Made by a program: the position numbers and the translations under genes
Notes under the pieces: generated by a model
Databases searched by the model: none
What the model was told of the DNA's origin: nothing
What the model saw: the letters and a program-made list of their open reading frames with translations, nothing else
DNA from: a virus
Reading direction: 5' to 3' (one strand)
IMG/VR virus record: IMGVR_UViG_3300004886_000001
Location: 1-64,000 of that record
Length of the DNA: 64,000 nucleotides
Shown: piece after piece, positions 43,146 to 52,075 of the stretch
Numbering within the stretch: position 1 is the first letter of the stretch
Layout of the letters: every line of letters starts with the position of its first letter

Positions 43146-44264
43146 ATGAACAGTCTCGTGCTCTCGATAGTCAAAGGGTTGATTGTTGTCATATCGCTGG
43201 CTGCAATCCGGGTTCAGTACATGCACATGTCGAAAACCTTCGCGGTCGAAATGGCCTGGGTTCTGGTCTGTGGTCTGGCTGCTGGCTACGCTGCAATCGG
43301 TGCTGCCCTGTTTCATTGCTCCGGCCCCCTCCGTGCTGCAGTCCTGGCATTTCTGATTCCATTCGGATGGCTGTCAATCACCAAATCAATACCAGCAAGT
43401 GAACACGTGTTTGTCACTGACACATACGCTCGTATTGAACTGGAAAAGCTGGGACCGAATGCTGTCGTCTATCAGAACTCCGTCAATGGTGAAAACAACC
43501 GGATTGTAGAATTGCAGTCGCAAGGCATTCACTCTGGGCCTGAAATAGATGCTGCTAAGAACTCTCTTAGAGTCGCCCTACGCGATCAACAGGCTGCTAG
43601 TGAGTTGAGTGGCGGCAAGCATGAATCGCAGACAGAGAAAGCGCTCATGAGTGATTACGATGGCTCTCCCGAGGGTTATCAGGACGAACTCGATCAGCGT
43701 ATACGTGACCGTGGTTTTAGTCATGCCGTAGCACTGGAAGTTATCGAGAAATCACTGTCTGGTTTGTCAGGTGTTTTAGCACTGATCGCTGTCGGCGGTT
43801 TGGGTGTTATGTCGGAGACTCGGCCGGTAAAAAAGCCTGACGGTTCCGGGAGCCGATCAAAACCCGCTACGCCCTCCCCTGCTGCTACTGATGCTCAAGT
43901 CGAGCGTGAAAGCAAGGCAGATAAGAAAAGCCGTGAAACCCGCGCCAGTGCTGCCATAGGGACAGTTTCGGAACAGTCCGCAGAGATAATATCACCCAGT
44001 GACATGAAAGCTCTGGAAGCCGCTAACAAGCTGGTGGTGGATCTCATGGCCGGCACCGGAATCGGTCGAGGTGGCAAGCAAATCTACGACCTGATATCGA
44101 CGCGGGATCTGGCTAAATACGCTGGTGGTAAGGAGACTCAAACGAAAGTTATGAACCACCTGTATGACTGGAAGGTAGCAGAGAAACAACCCGGTACCAG
44201 ACCTGCAAAACTGCTGGGTAAATATCGGCACTCGCCACCGGCAAAGCTGGTTGATTTGGAGTAG
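43146..44264 (+). CDS. Membrane-anchored protein (3-4 N-terminal TM helices plus a soluble C-terminal domain)
   Basis: MNSLVLSIVKGLIVVISLAAI..., WVLVCGLAAGYAAIGAALF, AAVLAFLIPFGWLSI. The C-terminal segment DLISTRDLAKYAGGKETQTKVMNHLYDW looks wHTH-like. Confidence 0.6.
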   Translation: MNSLVLSIVKGLIVVISLAAIRVQYMHMSKTFAVEMAWVLVCGLAAGYAAIGAALFHCSGPLRAAVLAFLIPFGWLSITKSIPASEHVFVTDTYARIELEKLGPNAVVYQNSVNGENNRIVELQSQGIHSGPEIDAAKNSLRVALRDQQAASELSGGKHESQTEKALMSDYDGSPEGYQDELDQRIRDRGFSHAVALEVIEKSLSGLSGVLALIAVGGLGVMSETRPVKKPDGSGSRSKPATPSPAATDAQVERESKADKKSRETRASAAIGTVSEQSAEIISPSDMKALEAANKLVVDLMAGTGIGRGGKQIYDLISTRDLAKYAGGKETQTKVMNHLYDWKVAEKQPGTRPAKLLGKYRHSPPAKLVDLE

Positions 44265-44270
44265 GAGAAT

Positions 44271-44297
44271 GGAGCGGCAACCGTGTGCTGCCGCTCC
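44271..44297. other. Perfect 9-bp-stem hairpin between convergent genes
   Basis: GGAGCGGCA-N9-TGCCGCTCC. No U-tract on either side. Confidence 0.6.
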
Positions 44298-44314
44298 GCA
44301 CTGCCAGCTAAAAT

Positions 44315-44542
44315 TTACAACGACGCTCTTACAGCGGCATCTTTACTTTCAAGTAGTTTTCTCAGCGCCACAGTTTTCTCAGCGCTACCATCTATGGTTT
44401 CATTTAGATGTTCAGCCAAGTCGCAATATGGCTTGCTGACTTCCTGTAGTTTTTCGGGCAAATGAGCGTAATCGAAAAACTTCATGATCGGCGGTTTGCC
44501 CTCGGTGTCCTGAGCTGTTTGATGTTTATTTTCGTTTTCCAT
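44315..44542 (-). CDS. Conserved-looking hypothetical protein
   Basis: 75 aa; FDYAHLPEKLQEVSKPYCDLAEHL...ALRKLLESKDAAVRA. Confidence 0.6.
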   Translation of the reverse strand: MENENKHQTAQDTEGKPPIMKFFDYAHLPEKLQEVSKPYCDLAEHLNETIDGSAEKTVALRKLLESKDAAVRASL

Positions 44543-44583
44543 ACTATCTCCAAGTAAACCGCACAGAGGATTCCATGCGGGTG

Positions 44584-44943
44584 TTAATTAACTGCTGTTT
44601 GGCGTTTGTGATCGACCAGCAAACGATAAATCGAGAAACGAACTCCTGCTTTCAATCTAACGGATTCAAGCCACTCGCTAATATTTTCAAATAAACCTTC
44701 GTGCTGCCAGCAAAAGCAATCTGCTACCGCAGTGATTGAGTCACGAACCACAAGGCAATTAACGCAGGTTTTGTACGTGTTGGGGTAACCCTCCCATACC
44801 CCGAAAACTCTTTCGTATCGTTCGCCTTTCTTGATATCACTTGCACACTCAGAACAGCGGTGATCTTTTTTGGCAATCGGTCTGGTCTTGTTGTAGACAG
44901 AGCATTCAATACCCCAGTCGCAATAGCAGGTATCAGCACTCAC
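44584..44943 (-). CDS. Cys-rich small protein
   Basis: GTG 44943 in a GTGA overlap with the upstream stop, preceded by GGAGAA. 119 aa with CYCDWGIEC, CSEC, CVNC and CFC. Confidence 0.55.
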   Translation of the reverse strand: MSADTCYCDWGIECSVYNKTRPIAKKDHRCSECASDIKKGERYERVFGVWEGYPNTYKTCVNCLVVRDSITAVADCFCWQHEGLFENISEWLESVRLKAGVRFSIYRLLVDHKRQTAVN

Positions 44944-45563
44944 GATGTTTTCTCCGGCAGCAAAGTAGCAACCCACTCTATCCGCCTGTTCAGCTCTGCC
45001 ACCGCTGCCTCGTTTTGCTGTCTGGCGATCTTTCGCAGTATCGGCAGCCCGCTCTGTATCGACTCCCAAGCCTCGCCACGTGTCGCTGTCCTGCCCTCGC
45101 AATACCAGTCGGTTGCAATCGGTTCGTCGCCGATATCGAACAAAGGGTTACCGTCGTCGCTGTAGAAAATGGTGTAGTCGCCTTTGATGGTCCAGACACA
45201 GACCGAACCAGGATTCCGGGTAATGGCAGCACTATCGAACTTACCTACTCGCGGCAAGCCTTTAGAATTTCTCTTTGCCGATGGGTTGGATAGGAAAGGG
45301 CAGTGCTTCGCCGCATACGTTGCACACTCGACATGACAAGCCGGGTCGCCGATAGTCTGTGTCACGGCACACATGGGACCGATGCAAAATGCTTTGACTT
45401 CTTCGTGAGGTTGGCCGCACACCCAGCACAGTTGCTGCGCGTATGCATGGATCATCACTTTCTGGTCGATTACCCGGAAGTCTGGCTTACCCTTATCCCA
45501 CGTTGCAAAGTGTGGCACTGGTATGCCGTTGTACTTTGGTAGTGCTTCGATTCGTTCAGTCAT
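44940..45563 (-). CDS. Cys/His-rich conserved phage protein
   Basis: Start set at ATG 45563. CWVCGQ...CIGPMC...DPACHVECATYAAKHCPFL. Confidence 0.6.
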   Translation of the reverse strand: MTERIEALPKYNGIPVPHFATWDKGKPDFRVIDQKVMIHAYAQQLCWVCGQPHEEVKAFCIGPMCAVTQTIGDPACHVECATYAAKHCPFLSNPSAKRNSKGLPRVGKFDSAAITRNPGSVCVWTIKGDYTIFYSDDGNPLFDIGDEPIATDWYCEGRTATRGEAWESIQSGLPILRKIARQQNEAAVAELNRRIEWVATLLPEKTS

Positions 45564-45819
45564 TTCTTCGGTCCACCAAGACTTCAATCACTTGATCAGC
45601 CTCCGTAAAACAATCTGGCTCAATGTCTGGAGAACCACCAGTGCGATATTTGTCGTATTTAATTTCAAAAGCACCATAAGCCTCGTATGTGCTGGGATAG
45701 TCAACGTCTAACTCTGGCAGGCTTTCCAGATCTTGTTCAAATTGCTTTGCCTCAGCCTCCGGTATCCAGTACCAGTGACCGTCGTCATCCTGCAGTCTTT
45801 TAACTCGCTCAATTTTCAC
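45556..45819 (-). CDS. Hypothetical acidic protein
   Basis: 87-aa ORF. Confidence 0.6.
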   Translation of the reverse strand: MKIERVKRLQDDDGHWYWIPEAEAKQFEQDLESLPELDVDYPSTYEAYGAFEIKYDKYRTGGSPDIEPDCFTEADQVIEVLVDRRND

Positions 45820-46243
45820 TGGCTCTCTCCGTTAAATATTTCCGCCGAATCTCCTCGACATACCACTCGCACAATGACGCCATATCTTCAAACCGATTGA
45901 TAACTATCACTGTCCGTTCTTCTCCTGCCTTACACTTGTGCTCGGTGTAGAGCGGTTCGATTGGCTGGTACTTCCTCGAATCGTCTGGTAGTACATCTGC
46001 CGCGACGATCCCATCGATTGCAGCTTTATCGCTAACACCGTGGACGTCGGTTTCGCCTCTCCGATAGCAAATAATTGAGATATGACACAATCGCGTATCA
46101 ACTTCTTGAGCCTTAATTTTTTGCTTAGGTGTAGCGTTACGATTACGTTGTGAGTTGGCAGGGGAAACGGCAGCTCTATCGTTGTGCTTTTTGCCGGTAA
46201 TTTGCTGTAGGTCTGCTTCACTCCAACGCCGTCCTCTTTTCAC
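45809..46243 (-). CDS. Possible RusA-like Holliday-junction resolvase
   Basis: DVHGVSDKAAIDGIVAADVLPDDSRKY loosely resembles the RusA D.DN..K...D.L....V..DD motif; 144 aa. Confidence 0.3.
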   Translation of the reverse strand: MKRGRRWSEADLQQITGKKHNDRAAVSPANSQRNRNATPKQKIKAQEVDTRLCHISIICYRRGETDVHGVSDKAAIDGIVAADVLPDDSRKYQPIEPLYTEHKCKAGEERTVIVINRFEDMASLCEWYVEEIRRKYLTERASEN

Positions 46244-46578
46244 CGCTCTGTCAGTTCTTCCTGAACCTCAATCAGTCGGTGCTCTGCAAACTGCTCGTAA
46301 AGCTCTATACCCTCGTAATAGACAGGCTTGCTACGCTTACCGATCTTAACTACAGACCATTTGAACTTGGTCGATACATTGACTGAGTTGTCTTTGTCGA
46401 GCATGGATATAGGCACCCATACCGCTTCGGTTGGTGAAACCTTGAACAGTGCAGATGCCGGTGTGTTGGTGATCTGTTCACCAGCGAATGTGTACTCAAT
46501 CATCGCTGTTGGATAGCTCCACTGTCCCGTAAAAGCATTTAAACTCACTAAAGTCCCAGTTATCGTAGGACTCGCCAA
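46240..46578 (-). CDS. Hypothetical protein
   Basis: 112-aa ORF, 4-nt overlap. Confidence 0.6.
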   Translation of the reverse strand: MASPTITGTLVSLNAFTGQWSYPTAMIEYTFAGEQITNTPASALFKVSPTEAVWVPISMLDKDNSVNVSTKFKWSVVKIGKRSKPVYYEGIELYEQFAEHRLIEVQEELTER

Positions 46579-46726
46579 TTAATATCGTACAATTCAACAA
46601 CCGGCCATTATGAATAAGAACGCCTTTCTTCTTGTTCTCGAACATAACCACCTGACCGTCCTTGTTTACCATTAGCTTTGGGAAATCATGCCTCTGTTGG
46701 CCGGTTGTTGCCTTAGAATTAATCAT
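46496..46726 (-). CDS. Hypothetical protein
   Basis: Start set at ATG 46726 (MINSKATTGQQ...). Confidence 0.5.
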   Translation of the reverse strand: MINSKATTGQQRHDFPKLMVNKDGQVVMFENKKKGVLIHNGRLLNCTILIGESYDNWDFSEFKCFYGTVELSNSDD

Positions 46727-46730
46727 CGTT

Positions 46731-46871
46731 TCAAGCGATCTGGCAAGCAAGCCGGGTAGTTTTTACCTGTGTTTCGTAAGATATAAAATCTGTGTTGGCG
46801 TGTAGCCATGTAACGCCGAACAAAGTAATTGTTAACGCTACGCACAACCCCATTAGAAATTTAGTAACCAT
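46731..46871 (-). CDS. 46-aa membrane micro-protein (below the ORF-track threshold)
   Basis: MVTKFLMGLCVALTITLFGVTWLHANTDFISYETQVKTTRLACQIA fills the gap between 46877 and 46726. Confidence 0.4.
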   Translation of the reverse strand: MVTKFLMGLCVALTITLFGVTWLHANTDFISYETQVKTTRLACQIA

Positions 46872-46876
46872 CTGTT

Positions 46877-47671
46877 TTATTGCTCCTTTAACCAAGTTTC
46901 CCACTTTGTGGGTGATATGAATGATCGAGATTCAACCTCAAATATTTGACTGAGTTTTTCACCAGTCCAAGCCACCAGATTGCGTGACCTGATTCCCATA
47001 GCCCACCGGATCGCGTCTTTTTCGTTGTCGATTTCAATCGGGTTGCCACGTGACGAGCGGCTGGCCTTGTATATCGCTAGCCACCCATCGGAATGCTGTT
47101 TGGAGTGCCAGTCTTGCTGCATACCGACACCCTGAAATATTGGCTTGTTACTACCGGCGCCTGTACCGCCTGACGTTTTAGCTTCTGCAGTCAGTATGTG
47201 CGCGTAGACGTTCTTGTCATTTGTAGTGTCATCAAACCCACCAGTGACAATGCACGGCTGGTGGCGGCACCACTCTTGCCATTCGTCATCATGTTGAGTG
47301 CCGGATATCTTCTGTAGTAACTCAGTGTTGTAGAACAAACCGTCTTTGATACAGTTGCGCCAGAAATTACCGTGCTCACCTTTCGCCTTTGCTGGTGCTT
47401 TTGGTTTGGCCTGCTCTACTATTGCATCACTGTACGGACTAACTACATTGCCACTGGCATCACGAAAACGCATGTATAACTCTGTTGTCATGCCCTTGCG
47501 TCCACGCAAATAAGCTAAGTCCTCTTTTTCCATCTGGAACTTGCCCCAGCAGCCGGAGCTATCAGACTCACCGAATCCCATAAGCTGGCTATCAATGAAT
47601 ACAAACTGATCTTCGCCACGTGCGCCAACTTCGTGTTCGTCGTCCATTAGGTTGTCGAAATCGTCAGCCAT
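46877..47671 (-). CDS. Hypothetical protein, possibly DUF968-like (Cys/His motif)
   Basis: 264 aa; WCRHQPCIVTG...VYAHI...NKP...WHSKQHSDGW. Confidence 0.3.
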   Translation of the reverse strand: MADDFDNLMDDEHEVGARGEDQFVFIDSQLMGFGESDSSGCWGKFQMEKEDLAYLRGRKGMTTELYMRFRDASGNVVSPYSDAIVEQAKPKAPAKAKGEHGNFWRNCIKDGLFYNTELLQKISGTQHDDEWQEWCRHQPCIVTGGFDDTTNDKNVYAHILTAEAKTSGGTGAGSNKPIFQGVGMQQDWHSKQHSDGWLAIYKASRSSRGNPIEIDNEKDAIRWAMGIRSRNLVAWTGEKLSQIFEVESRSFISPTKWETWLKEQ

Positions 47672-47961
47672 TAGAACGGCGTGTCGTCGTCAAATTTAAC
47701 TGGTGCCGGTGCGCTTCCCTGTGCATTGCCTCCGCCGTTTTTGCGGTCGTTATCGAATATCCCGCACATAACACCACCCTTGCCTTTTGGGTTTAGTATT
47801 CGCTGTTTAAGAGCAACACCAGCGAGATTAACCTCCGGCTTTAGAATCGCGTATTCGCCCTTATCACTCGACAGAATTACACCTATTTCGACATACTCCT
47901 TTTTTTCCTTTCCTTCCCTGTCTTTGTAGGTGCCTACTGCTGCCATTAGCTTTTTAGCCAT
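47671..47961 (-). CDS. Short SSB-like protein with SSB-type acidic tip
   Basis: 96 aa, Gly-rich linker and C-terminal FDDDTPF (compare bacterial SSB DDDIPF). Confidence 0.55.
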   Translation of the reverse strand: MAKKLMAAVGTYKDREGKEKKEYVEIGVILSSDKGEYAILKPEVNLAGVALKQRILNPKGKGGVMCGIFDNDRKNGGGNAQGSAPAPVKFDDDTPF

Positions 47962-48002
47962 TCTAATACCTTGTTGTTGTATTCAGACGTCATAATGACG
48001 TT

Positions 48003-48749
48003 TTATTGTCGTTTAATCAAGTCCATATACGACAGATTTCGCTCTCTATCTTCGCTCATGTTGGGACAAGCGACCCGGATGTTCATATTGTCACCCGATA
48101 ACTGGTGTGCAAGACCGTATGCGAACGACTGCCCGAGGTAATCATCATTAGATGAGCCTATCACAGTGATGTCTGTAACCTTCTCTGGTGGACTCCACGT
48201 CAACAATCGCTCATGGTCAAGACAAGCGACAACACCACCTGTATACCGCTGGTTGAGCTGTAGCCACGCCAGACAATCCCATATAGAAGATCCCACCGCT
48301 ATCTGATGATCTGTACGCTTGCGCAACCATACACCACCACCCTCAATATCTCTCGGTGCCGGTGTTGATCTGTCAGTAGACGCAATGCCTTGGTCGGTAT
48401 CTCTAAGGTATGTTATGTGGTAGGTACATCGCTTGCCGTGTTTGTCGCGTAGATTCCACAGCATGGCCGGAAACTGACCAACATGTTTTTTATTTCCCTG
48501 ACCATCATCTTTATAAAAGTCCACTTCTTTTTTGTATCCAACGTCGGTACCTGGCTCGATGTTAATGCCCTCCTGCCTTAGATACTGCTCACAGATAGTG
48601 CCTGATATCGGGAATACATCTTGGCTCAACTTTTCAATCAGTCGCTCTGCCCTTGCTTCTTCGCTGTTTAATTGCTCCATAAATTTCTTCGCCTGTATGT
48701 AATCGAATGTTGCTTTAATGTGTGGTGGATAGCGTTCAAGCCTACTCAT
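48003..48749 (-). CDS. Toprim-domain (primase-associated) protein
   Basis: IAVGSSIWDCLAWLQL and DITVIGSSNDDYLGQSFAYGLA resemble the two Toprim motifs. 4-nt overlap with the helicase gene. Confidence 0.45.
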   Translation of the reverse strand: MSRLERYPPHIKATFDYIQAKKFMEQLNSEEARAERLIEKLSQDVFPISGTICEQYLRQEGINIEPGTDVGYKKEVDFYKDDGQGNKKHVGQFPAMLWNLRDKHGKRCTYHITYLRDTDQGIASTDRSTPAPRDIEGGGVWLRKRTDHQIAVGSSIWDCLAWLQLNQRYTGGVVACLDHERLLTWSPPEKVTDITVIGSSNDDYLGQSFAYGLAHQLSGDNMNIRVACPNMSEDRERNLSYMDLIKRQ

Positions 48750-50509
48750 GCTGACGCTCGCTGTTGCTTACGATACTCTTTTGCTTTCTGAGCCAGATAT
48801 GCCTTCACGTCTTTGTTCAGACCCTTCGACGGTAATGACGACCAACCACGCGGCGGCCATTCTCCAAACCGTTCTTTGTACACTGCTGCAGCGTAACCAC
48901 CTTTAAAACCTCGGGCCTCGCCGAATCCCTTTAACCGTTGATACACGTCTTTTCTGAACTCCATCTGCTTATGGTGCAAAGTTAGCTTCAGATCCGGCAT
49001 GTCCATCGCTTTCATAGGCACGTCACCATGTACATAAGTGCGCTCTGGCGGTCGCTCATGGCAGAACCCACAGTGAGAACAAACCCGGTCCTGTGACTGG
49101 CTTATGGCTCCACAGTCGGCGCAATTCTTAGGATCGAAGTACTTCGCTCGTTCAAACTGGAAAGCGTAGTCTGTACACCACTGTTTGATTCCTTTTGCAT
49201 CACCAGAGTAATCAATCTCGTTTTTCAGGTTGTCAGTGCATTTAAGATTTACTTCGTCCAACTCTCGCGCAATCACCGATGTCTTGTTACTTAGCCAGTC
49301 GGTCACTGTGTACCTGTATCGCTGCTTTGCTTCAGGATCTGTCTTTTCCTGTTTGGATTTACGCTTGAGCAATACAGGTTCTCTGGCGTCCATCTCGATA
49401 GGCCAACCGACCTTACCGATACATGAGCACATATCCAGTACATAACCGATCTCTTTACCTTCAAAATATCGCATCAGTCTGCCAAGCATCTGCCACAGCC
49501 TGTGTTCTGTTCGTACTGGTCGCGCCAATATTCCGCACTCAACACTCGGGACGTCTACACCTTTGATAAAACGATCAACCGTCACCATGACCTGAATGCC
49601 GTCACCCTTCGGCCAGGTATCGAATGATCTCAGTGAATCCTTATCGCGTGAATCCTTTGCAACCTTGCCCTCATTGTGTACATCGCGTGAGTGATAAGCG
49701 TATGCCTTAAAACCCTGTTGATTAAAATCACTGGCAAGTAACACGGCATCATCAATGGTTGGAACGAATACCAGAGTTTTCTTTTTATCCATCTGCTTTT
49801 CAATCCAGAACGGAATAACGTCACGCGCTATTTGCTTTTTAAAGCTCTCGCTGGCTGATTTGGTAGTTACTTCGCCCTTGTCCTTGCCGCTTCTACTCAT
49901 AACAAGTACACGCTCGTCAAACTCTGCCTCTGGCTCCCATCCAGTCAGACCGACTATCACATCACGGTCGAGCAATTCTTGATAAGTAGCGCCGACCACG
50001 ATGTCAGTGTAAATGTCACCAATACCTTTGACCTGTGGTGTGGCAGTTAGTCCAACCACCATATTGTCGCCCATCAGTTCGTCGGCTGTTTCATACAGAC
50101 AGTGGCACTCGTCATAAATTTGAAACGGGAAGTGAATACCGGACGCCTCGAATACTTCCGAACGGTTAGGCAGTGTCTGAATGCTTGCGACTTGAATCGG
50201 TGCTGACAGATTACGGCGGGTTGAGCCCTGAATAATTCCACAATCTAAACCCAGTTTCATAAATGCCTTATAGGTTTGCTCTACCAGATTGATCTGGTCG
50301 CAGACAAACAGCATTCTTGCGCCCTGCACACCTTTGAACTTTTCGATCATTTCAAGAAACATCACTGATGCTGTACGGGTCTTGCCTGCAGCGGTTGGCA
50401 TCTGTAAAACAGCACGTGGTTTTAATTCAGCTTTTTTAAGCATATCCAGGGTGTCGAATACCTGCTGTGCAGCGCGTGGCTGGTGTTGCCATTTTTCCTC
50501 TGGAGTCAT
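48746..50509 (-). CDS. Superfamily-2 DEAD/DEAH-box DNA helicase
   Basis: PTAAGKTR (Walker A), IYDECH (DExH), LTATP (motif III), QMLGRLMR (motif VI), C-terminal CADCG...CSHCG zinc ribbon. Confidence 0.85.
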   Translation of the reverse strand: MTPEEKWQHQPRAAQQVFDTLDMLKKAELKPRAVLQMPTAAGKTRTASVMFLEMIEKFKGVQGARMLFVCDQINLVEQTYKAFMKLGLDCGIIQGSTRRNLSAPIQVASIQTLPNRSEVFEASGIHFPFQIYDECHCLYETADELMGDNMVVGLTATPQVKGIGDIYTDIVVGATYQELLDRDVIVGLTGWEPEAEFDERVLVMSRSGKDKGEVTTKSASESFKKQIARDVIPFWIEKQMDKKKTLVFVPTIDDAVLLASDFNQQGFKAYAYHSRDVHNEGKVAKDSRDKDSLRSFDTWPKGDGIQVMVTVDRFIKGVDVPSVECGILARPVRTEHRLWQMLGRLMRYFEGKEIGYVLDMCSCIGKVGWPIEMDAREPVLLKRKSKQEKTDPEAKQRYRYTVTDWLSNKTSVIARELDEVNLKCTDNLKNEIDYSGDAKGIKQWCTDYAFQFERAKYFDPKNCADCGAISQSQDRVCSHCGFCHERPPERTYVHGDVPMKAMDMPDLKLTLHHKQMEFRKDVYQRLKGFGEARGFKGGYAAAVYKERFGEWPPRGWSSLPSKGLNKDVKAYLAQKAKEYRKQQRASA

Positions 50510-50712
50510 ACGTCAAGCACTCCCTTTTCAGCCAGTTCATGATTGGCTTTGCCAGCGTTAATACGGTCCTGTATCTCATTGCGGTGTACAGTGACCTCCT
50601 TTGGTGCAGTAACACCTATCCGCACTATGCCGTTACTAATCCCCAACACTGTCACGTGGATGTTTTCGTTGATTACGATTGATTCGGATGTTTTTCTAGT
50701 AAGTATTAACAT
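50506..50712 (-). CDS. csrA: CsrA/RsmA-family RNA-binding translational regulator
   Basis: [47 protein letters not shown] aligns along its length with E. coli CsrA ([47 protein letters not shown]). ATGA overlap with the helicase. Confidence 0.85.
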   Translation of the reverse strand: MLILTRKTSESIVINENIHVTVLGISNGIVRIGVTAPKEVTVHRNEIQDRINAGKANHELAEKGVLDV

Positions 50713-50748
50713 TTGTCTTGCTCCTTTGTGATTTAAAAAGCTGGTTGG

Positions 50749-50955
50749 TTAGGGTGATTCGGCAATTGCTGTATCTATGTCGGAATTTTCTTGCTGTGCT
50801 CTTAGATCTGAAAATTCCTCACTTGTTATAGATCGCATTGCTTGGCATTCAGGATAAGTACACATCGCGTAGTAACCACCGCCGTTATTGTCGTTACAAA
50901 TCTCCCAGTCATGGTCACATTCATGGTTACCGGCGTCGGGTATTGGTTTACTCAT
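50749..50955 (-). CDS. Small Cys/His protein
   Basis: 68 aa; HECDHDWEIC...CTYPEC. Confidence 0.5.
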   Translation of the reverse strand: MSKPIPDAGNHECDHDWEICNDNNGGGYYAMCTYPECQAMRSITSEEFSDLRAQQENSDIDTAIAESP

Positions 50956-51772
50956 AACGTCTTGCTCCGTTGTTTAAAATTTTAGAACCTTCTTTATCAA
51001 CCAAAATGCCGCTCTCAATAAGCCGCTCTCTATGAAATTGATTCAAAATGTCGATAAGGTTGGTCTGTGTTGGTGCTTTTGTGCTAGCAATTGATTGAAT
51101 ATCATTGAGCGGTTTTGAATCACTACGTTTGTCAGAACGAAATTGCAAAACCAGCCACAACCCTCGTTTGAAGTAGTTGTATACGGTCCTCGCAGATCGC
51201 CCTAACCGCTTCGATATCGTTGCAATACCGATCCCCTGCGAACGCATCTCAATAGCCACCAGTGCATTCCTATCTGCCTGTGCACTACGCTTATCTGATG
51301 CTGCTTGGGTTTGTTTGCGCCACTGCTGCGGCGTCTTGTGGTGTCGCTTCACTTTGCGCGAAACGTCGGGCCTGACAATGTCGGTTAAGTGCAGCTCAAT
51401 CGCCTGGTTACCGGTAATTCCAAAATTGTATTGATATCGCCAGCCAGCCCACTTGGTCCGAACATCCCAACCGCCACCTTTACGAACACCGCAACGCATT
51501 TGTGCGAAATGTCGGTTATTCACGATGGTTTGAATGGCTCGGCCGGTCCAGCCAGTCATCTTCCCGTCAAGACACGCGTCGGCTGCGACCTTGCAAAGCT
51601 GGTAGTGCTCGGTGTTGGAACTGGCAAACTGCCCTGCGGCCACAGCGATAGCCTCTAGTGCGAGCGCTCTGTCGGGTGGTGGATACGCTTTGAATAGCGT
51701 GATCAGCTCGCCATAGCGATTCTGGCCCCTGAGAGAGTGACCACCTGACAGCCTTTTGGCTCGGAGGTTCAA
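50948..51772 (-). CDS. DNA-binding protein with C-terminal Hin/resolvase-type HTH (replication or transcription factor candidate)
   Basis: 274 aa; MRSQGIGIATISKRLGRSARTVYNYFKRG. Confidence 0.5.
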   Translation of the reverse strand: MNLRAKRLSGGHSLRGQNRYGELITLFKAYPPPDRALALEAIAVAAGQFASSNTEHYQLCKVAADACLDGKMTGWTGRAIQTIVNNRHFAQMRCGVRKGGGWDVRTKWAGWRYQYNFGITGNQAIELHLTDIVRPDVSRKVKRHHKTPQQWRKQTQAASDKRSAQADRNALVAIEMRSQGIGIATISKRLGRSARTVYNYFKRGLWLVLQFRSDKRSDSKPLNDIQSIASTKAPTQTNLIDILNQFHRERLIESGILVDKEGSKILNNGARRYE

Positions 51773-51773
51773 A

Positions 51774-51995
51774 CTATACGCCTGTATTGCCGTTATTTAA
51801 CGGCTTATTGACGTTTTCCGGAAAAAAAGTTTCAACGGTTTTCTTGCAGTCTGGGCATGTAACGGGAGGCTGATTAACTCTTGCCCAGTGGGTGTGACCG
51901 CAACGAGTTGCCCATAGACGGCCGGTATAACCACCTATGATATCGCTTCTAACGTATAGGTATGTACAGTGCTTAAAACGTGAACGGTTCTGCAT
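51774..51995 (-). CDS. Small zinc-ribbon-like protein
   Basis: Start set at ATG 51995 (GAGGCAACA ATG). HCTY...CGHTHW...CPDCKK. Confidence 0.5.
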   Translation of the reverse strand: MQNRSRFKHCTYLYVRSDIIGGYTGRLWATRCGHTHWARVNQPPVTCPDCKKTVETFFPENVNKPLNNGNTGV

Positions 51996-52040
51996 TGTTG
52001 CCTCGAAATATTTCGGGCTTGCAAAACTTGGAAAAATGGT

Positions 52041-52069
52041 GTTTACGAGGGAATGGATACTGCTATAAT
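52041..52069 (+). promoter_or_regulatory. Sigma70-type promoter with extended -10 (TTTACG-N16-TGcTATAAT)
   Basis: Perfect TATAAT at 52064..52069 preceded by TGc. -35 TTTACG at 52042..52047. Confidence 0.55.
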
Positions 52070-52075
52070 TAAAGC

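Noticed and set aside
44271-44297. Calling the 9-bp hairpin a canonical intrinsic terminator.
   Set aside because: There is no U-tract on either strand. It is kept only as a hairpin of unknown role between convergent genes.
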